From: Steroidobacteraceae bacterium
Lineage (GTDB): Bacteria; Pseudomonadota; Gammaproteobacteria; Steroidobacterales; Steroidobacteraceae
DNA length: 64,000 nucleotides
Direction: 5' to 3'
NCBI GenBank assembly: GCA_035275585.1
Contig: DATEML010000013.1
Span: 47,983-111,982, forward strand
This document shows positions 52,851-61,336 of the stretch, piece after piece. The notes under the pieces are model-generated. The model did not search any database, was not told the origin of the DNA, and worked only from the letters and a program-made list of their open reading frames with translations. Positions within the stretch are counted from its first letter, which is position 1, and each line of letters begins with the position of its first letter. A program made the translations under genes and the position numbers.

Positions 52851-53875
52851 AACGGGATGACGGCCGGACGCGCCGCGCGCGCGAAACGATCGTCCACATA
52901 TTTTTCATAAGCGACCGGTTTTTTGATCGTGCCGGCCTGGAGCGACAGCTGCATGAGCTCGTCGAACTCGCTGCGGATCATGCGCAGATCGCCATAGGTC
53001 ACGCGATCGGTCGGATTCTGCATCACGAAGCGGAGGATCTTCGGGTCCTGATTGAAGAAGCGGGGGCCGGCGGCGATCTGAATCGCCTTCTCGCGGTTCG
53101 CAGGCTGCTGATCGAGCCACACGCCCGCTCCCAGAACCTGGTTGACGAGATCCTGCACCATCGCCGGATTCTCCGCGATCAGCTCCTCGCGCACCGTCAG
53201 TACGCAGCAGATGTACTTCGGCCATTCGTCGCGGGTCATGCGCAAGGGCCGGGCGTATCCGGCCTCCTGCGCGGCGGCGCCAAACGGTTCACCGGTGCAA
53301 TAGGCATCGACGGCCTTCGCGTACAGCGCCGCGGGCATGTCGGGCGGCGGCATCTCGACGATCTCCAGCTCATCGACGCGCATGTTCTCCTCGGCGAGCA
53401 TGCGGCGCAGAAACAGGAAATCGACGGCGAACCGGCTGGGAATGGCGATGCGCTTGCCGGCGAGCTGGCGGAACGTCTGGTACGGGGACTCGGTGCGAAC
53501 CATGATCACCGCGCCCGACCGATGGCCGAGCGAAACGATCTTGACCGGGATGCCCTTGTCCGCCAGGTCCATCACGAGCGGCGCCAGCATGTAGCCGGCC
53601 TGGATGCGGCCGGCCATGAGCGACTCCTTGATTTCCGGCCAGCCGTTGTACTTGTTGTACTCGTACGCGAACTTGGGGCTCGCGGCTGGGGCCGTGCCGT
53701 TGACCGTCGTCTTTCCCACGCACGCAACCGGCAGGGTGAGATTGCAGGTGACGGGCAGCCCGCCCACGACCAGCGAGTTCGCGTCTCTGTGGGTGCACGC
53801 GAAGGTGCCCAGAGGCAGTGCGACTGCCGCCAGGCTCTGGATCGCGTGCCTGCGCGAAATGAGGTATCCGCTCAC
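52847..53875 (-). CDS. ABC substrate-binding lipoprotein, NrtA/CmpA/SsuA-like, Cys-rich
   Basis: SRRH + TFAC Tat-lipoprotein leader; GWPEIKESLMAG, LAPL, GHRSG, GKRIAIP, MPPPDM, GEPF, ICCV. Confidence 0.88.
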   Translation of the reverse strand: MSGYLISRRHAIQSLAAVALPLGTFACTHRDANSLVVGGLPVTCNLTLPVACVGKTTVNGTAPAASPKFAYEYNKYNGWPEIKESLMAGRIQAGYMLAPLVMDLADKGIPVKIVSLGHRSGAVIMVRTESPYQTFRQLAGKRIAIPSRFAVDFLFLRRMLAEENMRVDELEIVEMPPPDMPAALYAKAVDAYCTGEPFGAAAQEAGYARPLRMTRDEWPKYICCVLTVREELIAENPAMVQDLVNQVLGAGVWLDQQPANREKAIQIAAGPRFFNQDPKILRFVMQNPTDRVTYGDLRMIRSEFDELMQLSLQAGTIKKPVAYEKYVDDRFARAARPAVIPL

Positions 53876-53911
53876 CCTGCCCTCGAGATGCCGATGCGTT
53901 CGGTCTGGCCG

Positions 53912-55414
53912 CTATGGTATCGCAGCCTTCGAAGGCGTACCGGGCATCTCGACAACCGGGTTCGCGACCCGCAGCACGGCCAGCCCGGCGATGAACAGGC
54001 TCACACCGCCGATGACCAGCGCGTAAATCGGTTGCCCGTGGGCGAACGCCCGCAACAGGAACCCGAGCACGCTGGCGGCCAGCAATTGCGGAATGACGAT
54101 GAAGAAATTGAAGATGCCCATGTAGATGCCCATCTTGGCGGCGGGCAGGTTGTTGGACAGCAGTGCGTAGGGAAGGGAGACGATCGAAGCCCACGCGAAT
54201 CCGACGCCGACCATGGCGACGATCAGCCAGTGCGGATCGCGAATCAGCAGGAAGGACAGGAGCCCGGCAGCGCCGAGCCAAAGATTGATCAGGTGACTGG
54301 TGCGCAGGCCGAAGCGCCGCACCAGCAGCGGAATGACAACGGCGGCAACGGCCGCAAAGCCGCTGTAGGACGCAAACAGCACGCCCACCCAGTTCGCCCC
54401 TTCGTTGTACCTCGCCGATTGCGGATCAGTCGTGCCGAAATGGACCTCGGTGACAGCAAGCGTGGTGTAGATCCACATCGCGAACAGAGCGAACCACGAG
54501 AAGAACTGCACGACCGCCAGGCGTCGCATCGCCGGCGGCATCTCATGCAGGTCCGCCACGATGGCGGTGAATGCGTTGCGCGTATGCCAGATGCTGAGAA
54601 TCAGCAACGCAATGCCATATGCCAGCAGTAGTCCAGCCAGCAAGTAGAGCTCTGCCTCGAGGCGGAAGCTGCGGATCACCACCAGCGCAACCGCACCAGC
54701 CGCGAACCACAGCCAACCATCGCGGCGCGCTTTGCCCACGTTGATCGGCGTATCGCCCGTCGCGTTGGCATCGTCGAAGCTGTTCAATTGTGCCGGCGGA
54801 TACTCGCGCGTGCTGAAGACCGTCCACCCGACGGCGAGGAACAGGATCGTTCCACCCGCGTAGAAGGCGTACTTCACCGTATCCGGAATCCCGCCGGGCT
54901 CAGCACTGTTCTCAACGCCCGACGCCGCGAGCAGCCAGGGCAGAAGACTCGCCACGACCGCGCCGATGCCGATGAAGAAGCTCTGCATCGCATAGCCCGT
55001 CGGCCGTTGCCGCGGCGAGAGCTGATCGCCGACGAACGCGCGGAACGGTTCCATCGAAATGTTGAGCGATGCATCGAGCATCCACAGCAGTCCCGCGGCG
55101 ATCCACAGCGACGGCGAATTCGGCATCGCGAACAGCGCTAGCGTAGTCAGCACTGCGCCGACCAGAAAATACGGCCGGCGGCGGCCGAGGCGATTCCAGG
55201 TGCGGTCCGAGTAGTAGCCGACGATGGGCTGCACGATCAGTCCGGTCAGCGGCGCGGCGATCCAGAGAATCGGAATGTCCTCGACCCGTGCTCCGAGCGT
55301 CTGGAAGATGCGGCTGACATTGGCATTCTGTAGCGCGAAGCCGAACTGGATTCCGAGGAATCCGAAACACATGTTCCAGATCTGCCAGAACGAGACCTGC
55401 GGCTTGGCAGTCAT
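53912..55414 (-). CDS. MFS maltose/sucrose-type transporter (MalY/SUC1-like)
   Basis: WQIWNMCFGFLGIQFGFALQ, GRRRPY, NISMEPFRAFVGD, MGIYMGIFNFFIVIPQ. Confidence 0.92.
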   Translation of the reverse strand: MTAKPQVSFWQIWNMCFGFLGIQFGFALQNANVSRIFQTLGARVEDIPILWIAAPLTGLIVQPIVGYYSDRTWNRLGRRRPYFLVGAVLTTLALFAMPNSPSLWIAAGLLWMLDASLNISMEPFRAFVGDQLSPRQRPTGYAMQSFFIGIGAVVASLLPWLLAASGVENSAEPGGIPDTVKYAFYAGGTILFLAVGWTVFSTREYPPAQLNSFDDANATGDTPINVGKARRDGWLWFAAGAVALVVIRSFRLEAELYLLAGLLLAYGIALLILSIWHTRNAFTAIVADLHEMPPAMRRLAVVQFFSWFALFAMWIYTTLAVTEVHFGTTDPQSARYNEGANWVGVLFASYSGFAAVAAVVIPLLVRRFGLRTSHLINLWLGAAGLLSFLLIRDPHWLIVAMVGVGFAWASIVSLPYALLSNNLPAAKMGIYMGIFNFFIVIPQLLAASVLGFLLRAFAHGQPIYALVIGGVSLFIAGLAVLRVANPVVEMPGTPSKAAIP

Positions 55415-55418
55415 GGCG

Positions 55419-56933
55419 TCATGCAGCCGCAGGCGCGGCGGCGCAGTTGCGAGCGATGAAATCCGCGTGGTCGGGAAGCTGTTGCGTCGCATGGGCAATC
55501 AGCCCGCGCAGGTCGCGCAAGTATCCATTCCGGTCGGCAGGCGACACGGCCTCGACAAATGGATGCGCAGCTCGCGGCCGCACGCCCTGCCCCCACAGCA
55601 CCTGCAGCCAGCTCGTCAGCTGGAACAGATCGTCGGACGCGCAGAAGATGCCCGCCGTCTCGCGGAACAACTCGATGCGGTGTCGCAGGGAATCGGGGAT
55701 CGACATGGTTCGACAGGCGTCCCAGAACGGCTCGCCGCGGCGATTGTTGGCGTGGTAATGCAGGATGATGAAGTCACGGATGTACTCGTATTCCGCTGCC
55801 GCCGCGCGGTTGAACTCCTTGCGCCGCTCCTCGCAGTCGCCACGGTGCGGAAACAGCAGGATCAGCCGTTGAATCGTCACCTGGATGAGATGGATCGCCG
55901 TCGACTCGAGCGGCTCCAGGAATCCGCTCGCGAGGCCCATGCACACGACGTTTCGATTCCACAACTGCTTGCGGCGCCCGGTCGTGAACCGGATCAGCCG
56001 CGGCTCGGCGAGCGCTTCGCCATCGAGGCCAGAGACCAGCAGCTCGCGCGCGCGCTCGTCACTCACGTAAGAGGAGCAGTAGACGTGGCCGTTACCAGTG
56101 CGGTGCTGCAAGGGAATACGCCACTGCCACCCGGCTTCGAGCGCAGTGGAACGTGTGTGGGGCAAGAGCGGGCTCGTGCGCCGTGACGGGAGCGCCCACG
56201 CGCGATCGCAGGGCAGCCAATGCGACCACTCCTCGTAGCCTGTGCGGAGTGCCTGCTCAATCAGCAGGCCGCGAAAACCCGTGCAATCGATGAAGAAGTC
56301 CGCCGCGAGCTCGCGTCCGTCGGCCAGCCGCAAGGCACGCACGTCGCCACTCTCCGGCTCGAGCAGGACCTCGGCGATGGTGCCATCCACCCTGCGCACG
56401 CCGAGCCCCTGTGCCAGGCGCGACAGATAGGCCGCGTAGAGCGAAGCGTCGAAGTGGAAGGCCCACGTCAGCCCGGCAAGAGGCGTCTCGACGATGCGAT
56501 CCGTTCGCGCGAACCGCGCCTGCTTCGCGGCGAGCCAGTTGAAGCTGTAATCCCACAGCGAGCCCGCGCTTGCCTGCGCCTGATCGCGCAACCAGTAATG
56601 GTGAAAAGGGATGTAGGCGAGGTCGCGACCGACCGGCCCGAAGGCATGCATGTACACATGCCCCTTCTCCCACCAGTCGACGAACTCGATGCCGAGCTTG
56701 AACGTGCCCTGCGTCTGCCGCAGGAAATCGTCTTCGTCGATGCGCAGCAGCTTGTTGAACAGCGCGATCGCCGGGATCGTCGCCTCGCCGACGCCGATGA
56801 TGCCGATCTCGGAGGACTCTACCAGCGTGATGGAGAGTCGTGGCCCGAGCACGCGCGCCAGGGCGGCCGCCGCCATCCACCCGGCGGTGCCGCCTCCAGC
56901 GATGACGACCGATCTGATTTCCTGATCAACCAC
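55419..56933 (-). CDS. Tryptophan halogenase family flavoprotein
   Basis: GGGTAG, GVGEAT, TFKLGI (catalytic Lys position), FIDCTG, WQWRIP (WxWxIP), FLEPLEST. Confidence 0.92.
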   Translation of the reverse strand: MVDQEIRSVVIAGGGTAGWMAAAALARVLGPRLSITLVESSEIGIIGVGEATIPAIALFNKLLRIDEDDFLRQTQGTFKLGIEFVDWWEKGHVYMHAFGPVGRDLAYIPFHHYWLRDQAQASAGSLWDYSFNWLAAKQARFARTDRIVETPLAGLTWAFHFDASLYAAYLSRLAQGLGVRRVDGTIAEVLLEPESGDVRALRLADGRELAADFFIDCTGFRGLLIEQALRTGYEEWSHWLPCDRAWALPSRRTSPLLPHTRSTALEAGWQWRIPLQHRTGNGHVYCSSYVSDERARELLVSGLDGEALAEPRLIRFTTGRRKQLWNRNVVCMGLASGFLEPLESTAIHLIQVTIQRLILLFPHRGDCEERRKEFNRAAAAEYEYIRDFIILHYHANNRRGEPFWDACRTMSIPDSLRHRIELFRETAGIFCASDDLFQLTSWLQVLWGQGVRPRAAHPFVEAVSPADRNGYLRDLRGLIAHATQQLPDHADFIARNCAAAPAAA

Positions 56934-56939
56934 GCTCGC

Positions 56940-59780
56940 CTAGAACTTGTAGGTCACGGCGAACGAGTATACCGCCCCGTACTCCTGGTACTTGATCACG
57001 TTGTAGGTCGGATCGTCCACGTTGTTCAGCACGAACGGCTCGTCGGTCAGGTTCGTCCCGGAGACACTCAGGCTCAAGCCCTTCATCATGCCTTCCTGGA
57101 ACTCATAGCCGACCTGCGCATCCAGCAGCGACTCGGCGCCCACGTTCTTGAGCGTCAGGCTCGAGTCGAACTCCGGCACTTCGCCGATGAAATCGCCGCG
57201 ATAGCGGTTGCTCACGCGCGCAGAGAAGCCGGCCTTTTCGAAGTACAGCGTGCTATTGACCACCTCGTCCGACAGGCCCGGCACGGCCGTCTCGACTCCG
57301 TTGATGTCGATCTGGGAGTCGTTCACAGCGCCGCTGATGATGAAGCCGAAGCCATCGAGCGTCTGCGAGAAGATCGACAGCGGCAACGAGAGCGTCAGCT
57401 CAGCGCCTCTTATGTAGCCGCCGCTGCCGTTCACCTTGACCGTCGAAACGCCGGTGCGATTCGCATCCGCCTGCGTGTAGCCGGTGTTCGGATCGTCGGG
57501 CGAGTTCTGGCCCGGCAGCAGCACGCCTTCGAAGCTCTGCAGGACCGAGCTGTTGAAGATGTAGGTCGTCAGGTTCTTGTAATAGGCAGCCAGCGAGACG
57601 TATGCCTGATCACCGAAGTATTTCTCGAGCGACAGATCGAAGGTGTTCGCCTTCCACGGCTTCAGCTCCGGATTGCCGCCGCCCGTGCGTCGCCAGTACA
57701 GCAGTTGCCCGTTGACGTTTTCCGGAACGGCGCTATCGGGCACTACGGTGTAGCCCGCGCCGCCAGCCAGATCATCCATCCGTGGCCGCGCTACGGTGAT
57801 GGCTGCTCCGAACCGCAACTTCATGTCGTGCGGCAGCTGCAGTGCGAGGTTCAGACTCGGCAGCACATCGGTGTACTTGTCACCCGAGGTGACGATCGAC
57901 ACGCTCTGCTCGATCCCTTGGGAGGCGTCCGGGGGAGAGAAATAGCTGATGTCCGAGGATTGATCGGCCGTAACGCTTTGCACGCCGATGTTGCCTCGCA
58001 ACGGCAATGAGCCGATCGCGGTATCGATCCCGACCTTCACGAATGCGGTCGTGAGCTTCTCGGTCACCTGCCAATCGTTGGTGACGGCGCTCTGGCGATC
58101 TCCATTGCCCACGGCCGGGTTCGGATCCAGGAAGGCATCGACCGGCTGCCAGAATCCGGCGTGATACAACGCGATCGCGTCGTAACCGATCATGCCGTGC
58201 GGACTGCCGAAGAACGACGTATTGGTGGTCCCGGTGCGGAATCCTTCCGGCACGACGGCGTGAGAAATGTCGCCGGGCAGGTACAGGATGCTCTGGAAGT
58301 TGTCCTTCGACTTCACGCGCTCGGCGTAATTCGCGCCGAACGTCACGCCATCGAGGAAACTGACGTCGAGCTTGCGCGAGGCCGCCAGCCGGACCGCCTT
58401 GATCTCGTCCTCGATCTCGGGGTTGCCGACGAAGCCGGAGCGGCGCGGGCCGCCGCCCCAGCCGCCTGGATCGGTCAGGAACACCGTGTTGTAGTCGCTG
58501 TAATCGAGCGTCGGGGTGAAATGCGTGATGCCGTCGGCGTCGGTCGTGAAGGAAATCGAGTCGACCTGCGGCAGGAAATTCGGATCGTTGTTCGTGCCCG
58601 TGCCCGCCGTCGATTCCAGGCGCAGATCTTCGCGCTTGACGCGCGACCAGCTCAGATCGCCGTTCACGCTCCAGTTCTCGTTGATCTCGAATTGCGTGTT
58701 CCAGCCGATCGAGTCGACGTCCGCGTTACGGTCGTTGTTGTAATTTTCGATCACCACGAACGGTACGTTCGCGAACGTGCCCGATTGCACGCGGCCATTC
58801 ACGACCGGTCCGGGATTCGAGAGCGTCGCTCCCGCCCAGATCGTGCCGAACTCGATGCGCTGGATCGTCTGCAGCTCCTGGAAATCGGAGTGGTAGGCAT
58901 CGACGACCATGTGCAGCCGATCGTTCGGTTGGAACTCGAACACGCCCAGGTAGGCCTTGCGCTCGTAGAAGGACGATTGCACGCCGTCCTTGTCGCCGCC
59001 GATGACCAGACCGCCCGGAACCTCCGGGTAACCCCACGGCTCGCGCGTCTGCGCCTGATAGGGAGTCTTGTTGTATGCGACTCCGAGCGCGATGCCCACT
59101 GTGTTGTCGCGGAACTGGTCGATGTAGGTGAGGTTCGCGCGATCGCCGGCGCGGTCCAGCCCCGGGATGTTGGCGTCTTGCTCGTTGTACTCGTGACGAT
59201 AGGTCGCCGCCACGCGGCGCTCGTCGTACACGAGAGGATGTACCGTCGCGATGTCCGTCGTGCCCGCGATGCCCTGGTACGCCATGCCGGCGTCGGGAGT
59301 CTTGTAAATCTTGACCTGAGTCACGAGCTCCGACGGATATTGGTCGAACTCGACCGTCCGGTTGTCGTTCGTCGACGCCTGCTCGCGGCCGTTGAACGTC
59401 GTGACGGTGAAGTCAGGGCCGAGGCCACGGATCGAAAGCGTCTGCGCGCGGCCGTTGGTGCGCTGCGCAGCCAGGCCCGGCAGGCGCGCGATCGATTCGG
59501 CGATGGAGGAATCGGGAAGCTTGCCGATGTCCTCCGCCGACACCACTTCGACGATCGAGTCGTCGTTCTTCTTGACGGCGATCGAATCCTCGATGCTCTT
59601 GCGGATACCGGTGACGATGACCTCTTCGATGTTCCCGGAGGCCCCTGGGGTCTCTTGCGCAAGAGCGGCGCCGCTGCAGGTCACCAGAAAAATCGCGCAA
59701 CCCGCGGTCGCACTGATCTCGCGCTGCGAACGACGCTGCAGCGACTGGGTGCGATGACCCTTCCTCTTTGAAGTCTTCAC
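56940..59780 (-). CDS. TonB-dependent receptor, maltodextrin (MalA-like)
   Basis: EVIVTGIRKS, AEDIGKLPD, IRGL, VEFDQYPSEL, KTPDA; C-terminal Phe; PUL context. Confidence 0.92.
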   Translation of the reverse strand: MKTSKRKGHRTQSLQRRSQREISATAGCAIFLVTCSGAALAQETPGASGNIEEVIVTGIRKSIEDSIAVKKNDDSIVEVVSAEDIGKLPDSSIAESIARLPGLAAQRTNGRAQTLSIRGLGPDFTVTTFNGREQASTNDNRTVEFDQYPSELVTQVKIYKTPDAGMAYQGIAGTTDIATVHPLVYDERRVAATYRHEYNEQDANIPGLDRAGDRANLTYIDQFRDNTVGIALGVAYNKTPYQAQTREPWGYPEVPGGLVIGGDKDGVQSSFYERKAYLGVFEFQPNDRLHMVVDAYHSDFQELQTIQRIEFGTIWAGATLSNPGPVVNGRVQSGTFANVPFVVIENYNNDRNADVDSIGWNTQFEINENWSVNGDLSWSRVKREDLRLESTAGTGTNNDPNFLPQVDSISFTTDADGITHFTPTLDYSDYNTVFLTDPGGWGGGPRRSGFVGNPEIEDEIKAVRLAASRKLDVSFLDGVTFGANYAERVKSKDNFQSILYLPGDISHAVVPEGFRTGTTNTSFFGSPHGMIGYDAIALYHAGFWQPVDAFLDPNPAVGNGDRQSAVTNDWQVTEKLTTAFVKVGIDTAIGSLPLRGNIGVQSVTADQSSDISYFSPPDASQGIEQSVSIVTSGDKYTDVLPSLNLALQLPHDMKLRFGAAITVARPRMDDLAGGAGYTVVPDSAVPENVNGQLLYWRRTGGGNPELKPWKANTFDLSLEKYFGDQAYVSLAAYYKNLTTYIFNSSVLQSFEGVLLPGQNSPDDPNTGYTQADANRTGVSTVKVNGSGGYIRGAELTLSLPLSIFSQTLDGFGFIISGAVNDSQIDINGVETAVPGLSDEVVNSTLYFEKAGFSARVSNRYRGDFIGEVPEFDSSLTLKNVGAESLLDAQVGYEFQEGMMKGLSLSVSGTNLTDEPFVLNNVDDPTYNVIKYQEYGAVYSFAVTYKF

Positions 59781-59894
59781 GCGATCCCCTCCTGACTATT
59801 TATCCCGCGCGGCCAGTTCGAGCAGTGCGCGAGTAACGGTTCTCGAAATTTCTCGTACAAGGATGTCGGCAGCGGCAGTCAAATGGCAATCTCA

Positions 59895-59908
59895 TGCATA
59901 CGTATTCA
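59895..59908. promoter_or_regulatory. LacI-type operator, copy 1
   Basis: TGCATACGTATTCA near-palindrome with central CG, upstream of the TBDR; identical copy at 63023. Confidence 0.8.
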
Positions 59909-59923
59909 CGCATAATCCGTTTC

Positions 59924-61336
59924 TCAGTCGGCCCGCGACACGCGGCTGAAAACCCTGAATTCCCACGCAGCGAGAGCCACCGCTGGCAGCGTCGCCGACG
60001 CCGGCGCAGCCGCGCGCGAACCTGGCGTGATCTCGCGATATTCGCCCGCTGCGATTTCCACGGTGCCCGCGTAGTTCTGGGATGACAGATTGACCACGAC
60101 TACGAGCGTCTCGCCCGCGCCCGCGCGCTCATAACTGAGCACGCGCTGTTCGTCGTCATTGCGCAGCCACCGCACTGCACCGCGTGTGAACGCTGGATGC
60201 GTGCGTCGCAGCGCCGCGAGCGCCTGGTAATAAGGTGTTACCTGCGTGCGTCGCTCCGCCATTTCCCAGGCGATCGGAGCTCGCTCGAACAGCGCTGGCG
60301 CCGTCGATTCGGTGGTGTCTCCCACCTCCATGCCGTTGTAGAGCAGCGGCACGCCATCCAGCGTGAACATGACCGCAGAAGCTGCGAGCGCGGCCGGCAA
60401 GCCGAACTGTCCCGTGGCGCGGAGCTGGTCGTGGTTGTCGGAAAATCGCAGACGCAAGGCGCCGCGCGGATAGCGCGCCTCGGCGCGCTCCCACACTTCG
60501 CGCACCCCCGAAGCGGGTGCTCGCCCGGAAAGCGCAGCGCTCATCGCGTGATAGAAATCCCAGGCGTAGTCGATGTCGAATGCGCGGGCCAGCAGCGCCG
60601 GTTCGTCGGCCTCGGCCATGAACGCAAGTCCAGGACGGACGCGGTCGAGCTGCGGTCGCAGGGATTCCCAGAAATCACGCGGCACGCCGATCGCGTAGTC
60701 GCAGCGGAAGCCGTCGAGACGATAGTCGCGCAGCCAGCGCACCAGCATTGCGCTCATGTATTGACGCAGCGCCGGATTGGAATAGTCGAGCTGCGCGACG
60801 TCCACCCAGTCCGGATTCGGCGGCACGATGTGGCCGGCACCGTCGTGTCGGAACCAGTCAGGGTGTTGCTCGATCAGCATCGAATCCCACGCTGTGTGGT
60901 TGGCGACGATGTCGATGAACACCTTCATGTCGCGGCGGTGCGCAGCGTCGACGAGTTGTTTCAGGTCCTCGGCAGTGCCGTAGTCCGGATTGATCGCATC
61001 GTAGTCGCGGACTGCGTAGGGGCTGCCGAGCGTGCCCTTGGCCTTCAGCTTCCCCAGCGGATGGATGGGCATCAGCCAGATGACGCTCACGCCGAGCTCC
61101 TTCAGGCGGTCGAGCTGCGCGGTGACGCCCTTGAAATTTCCCTGCGGCGAGAATGCGCGCGGGAACACTTCGTAGATCACGGCGTCGCGAAGCCAGTCAG
61201 GGCTTTGGCGCGCCGCCGGCTGAGCGTTGCCCGCATCTGCTGCGCGTGCAAGCGGTATCGCGACGAGCGCCGCGACGACCAGGCAGACGAGCAACGCGCA
61301 GACGCGCGCGGCAGTCCGATACAGATTCAAGCGCAT
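59924..61336 (-). CDS. GH13 alpha-amylase family protein (secreted)
   Basis: IYEVFPRAF, YAVRDY, DIVANH, GFRCD, MAEA, SDNHD. Confidence 0.92.
   Translation of the reverse strand: MRLNLYRTAARVCALLVCLVVAALVAIPLARAADAGNAQPAARQSPDWLRDAVIYEVFPRAFSPQGNFKGVTAQLDRLKELGVSVIWLMPIHPLGKLKAKGTLGSPYAVRDYDAINPDYGTAEDLKQLVDAAHRRDMKVFIDIVANHTAWDSMLIEQHPDWFRHDGAGHIVPPNPDWVDVAQLDYSNPALRQYMSAMLVRWLRDYRLDGFRCDYAIGVPRDFWESLRPQLDRVRPGLAFMAEADEPALLARAFDIDYAWDFYHAMSAALSGRAPASGVREVWERAEARYPRGALRLRFSDNHDQLRATGQFGLPAALAASAVMFTLDGVPLLYNGMEVGDTTESTAPALFERAPIAWEMAERRTQVTPYYQALAALRRTHPAFTRGAVRWLRNDDEQRVLSYERAGAGETLVVVVNLSSQNYAGTVEIAAGEYREITPGSRAAAPASATLPAVALAAWEFRVFSRVSRAD

Noticed and set aside
50320-53911. Mobile-element signatures around the ABC/SCO module
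   Set aside because: No transposase, integrase, terminal inverted repeats or target-site duplication found by eye at either junction.
55419-56933. Halogenase as the marker of a natural-product gene cluster
   Set aside because: No NRPS, PKS, RiPP precursor, flavin reductase or tailoring genes nearby; the context is carbohydrate uptake.
59830-59845. CGAGTAACGGTTCTCG as a second operator type
   Set aside because: Only 12 of 16 positions are palindromic and it has no second copy in the window.
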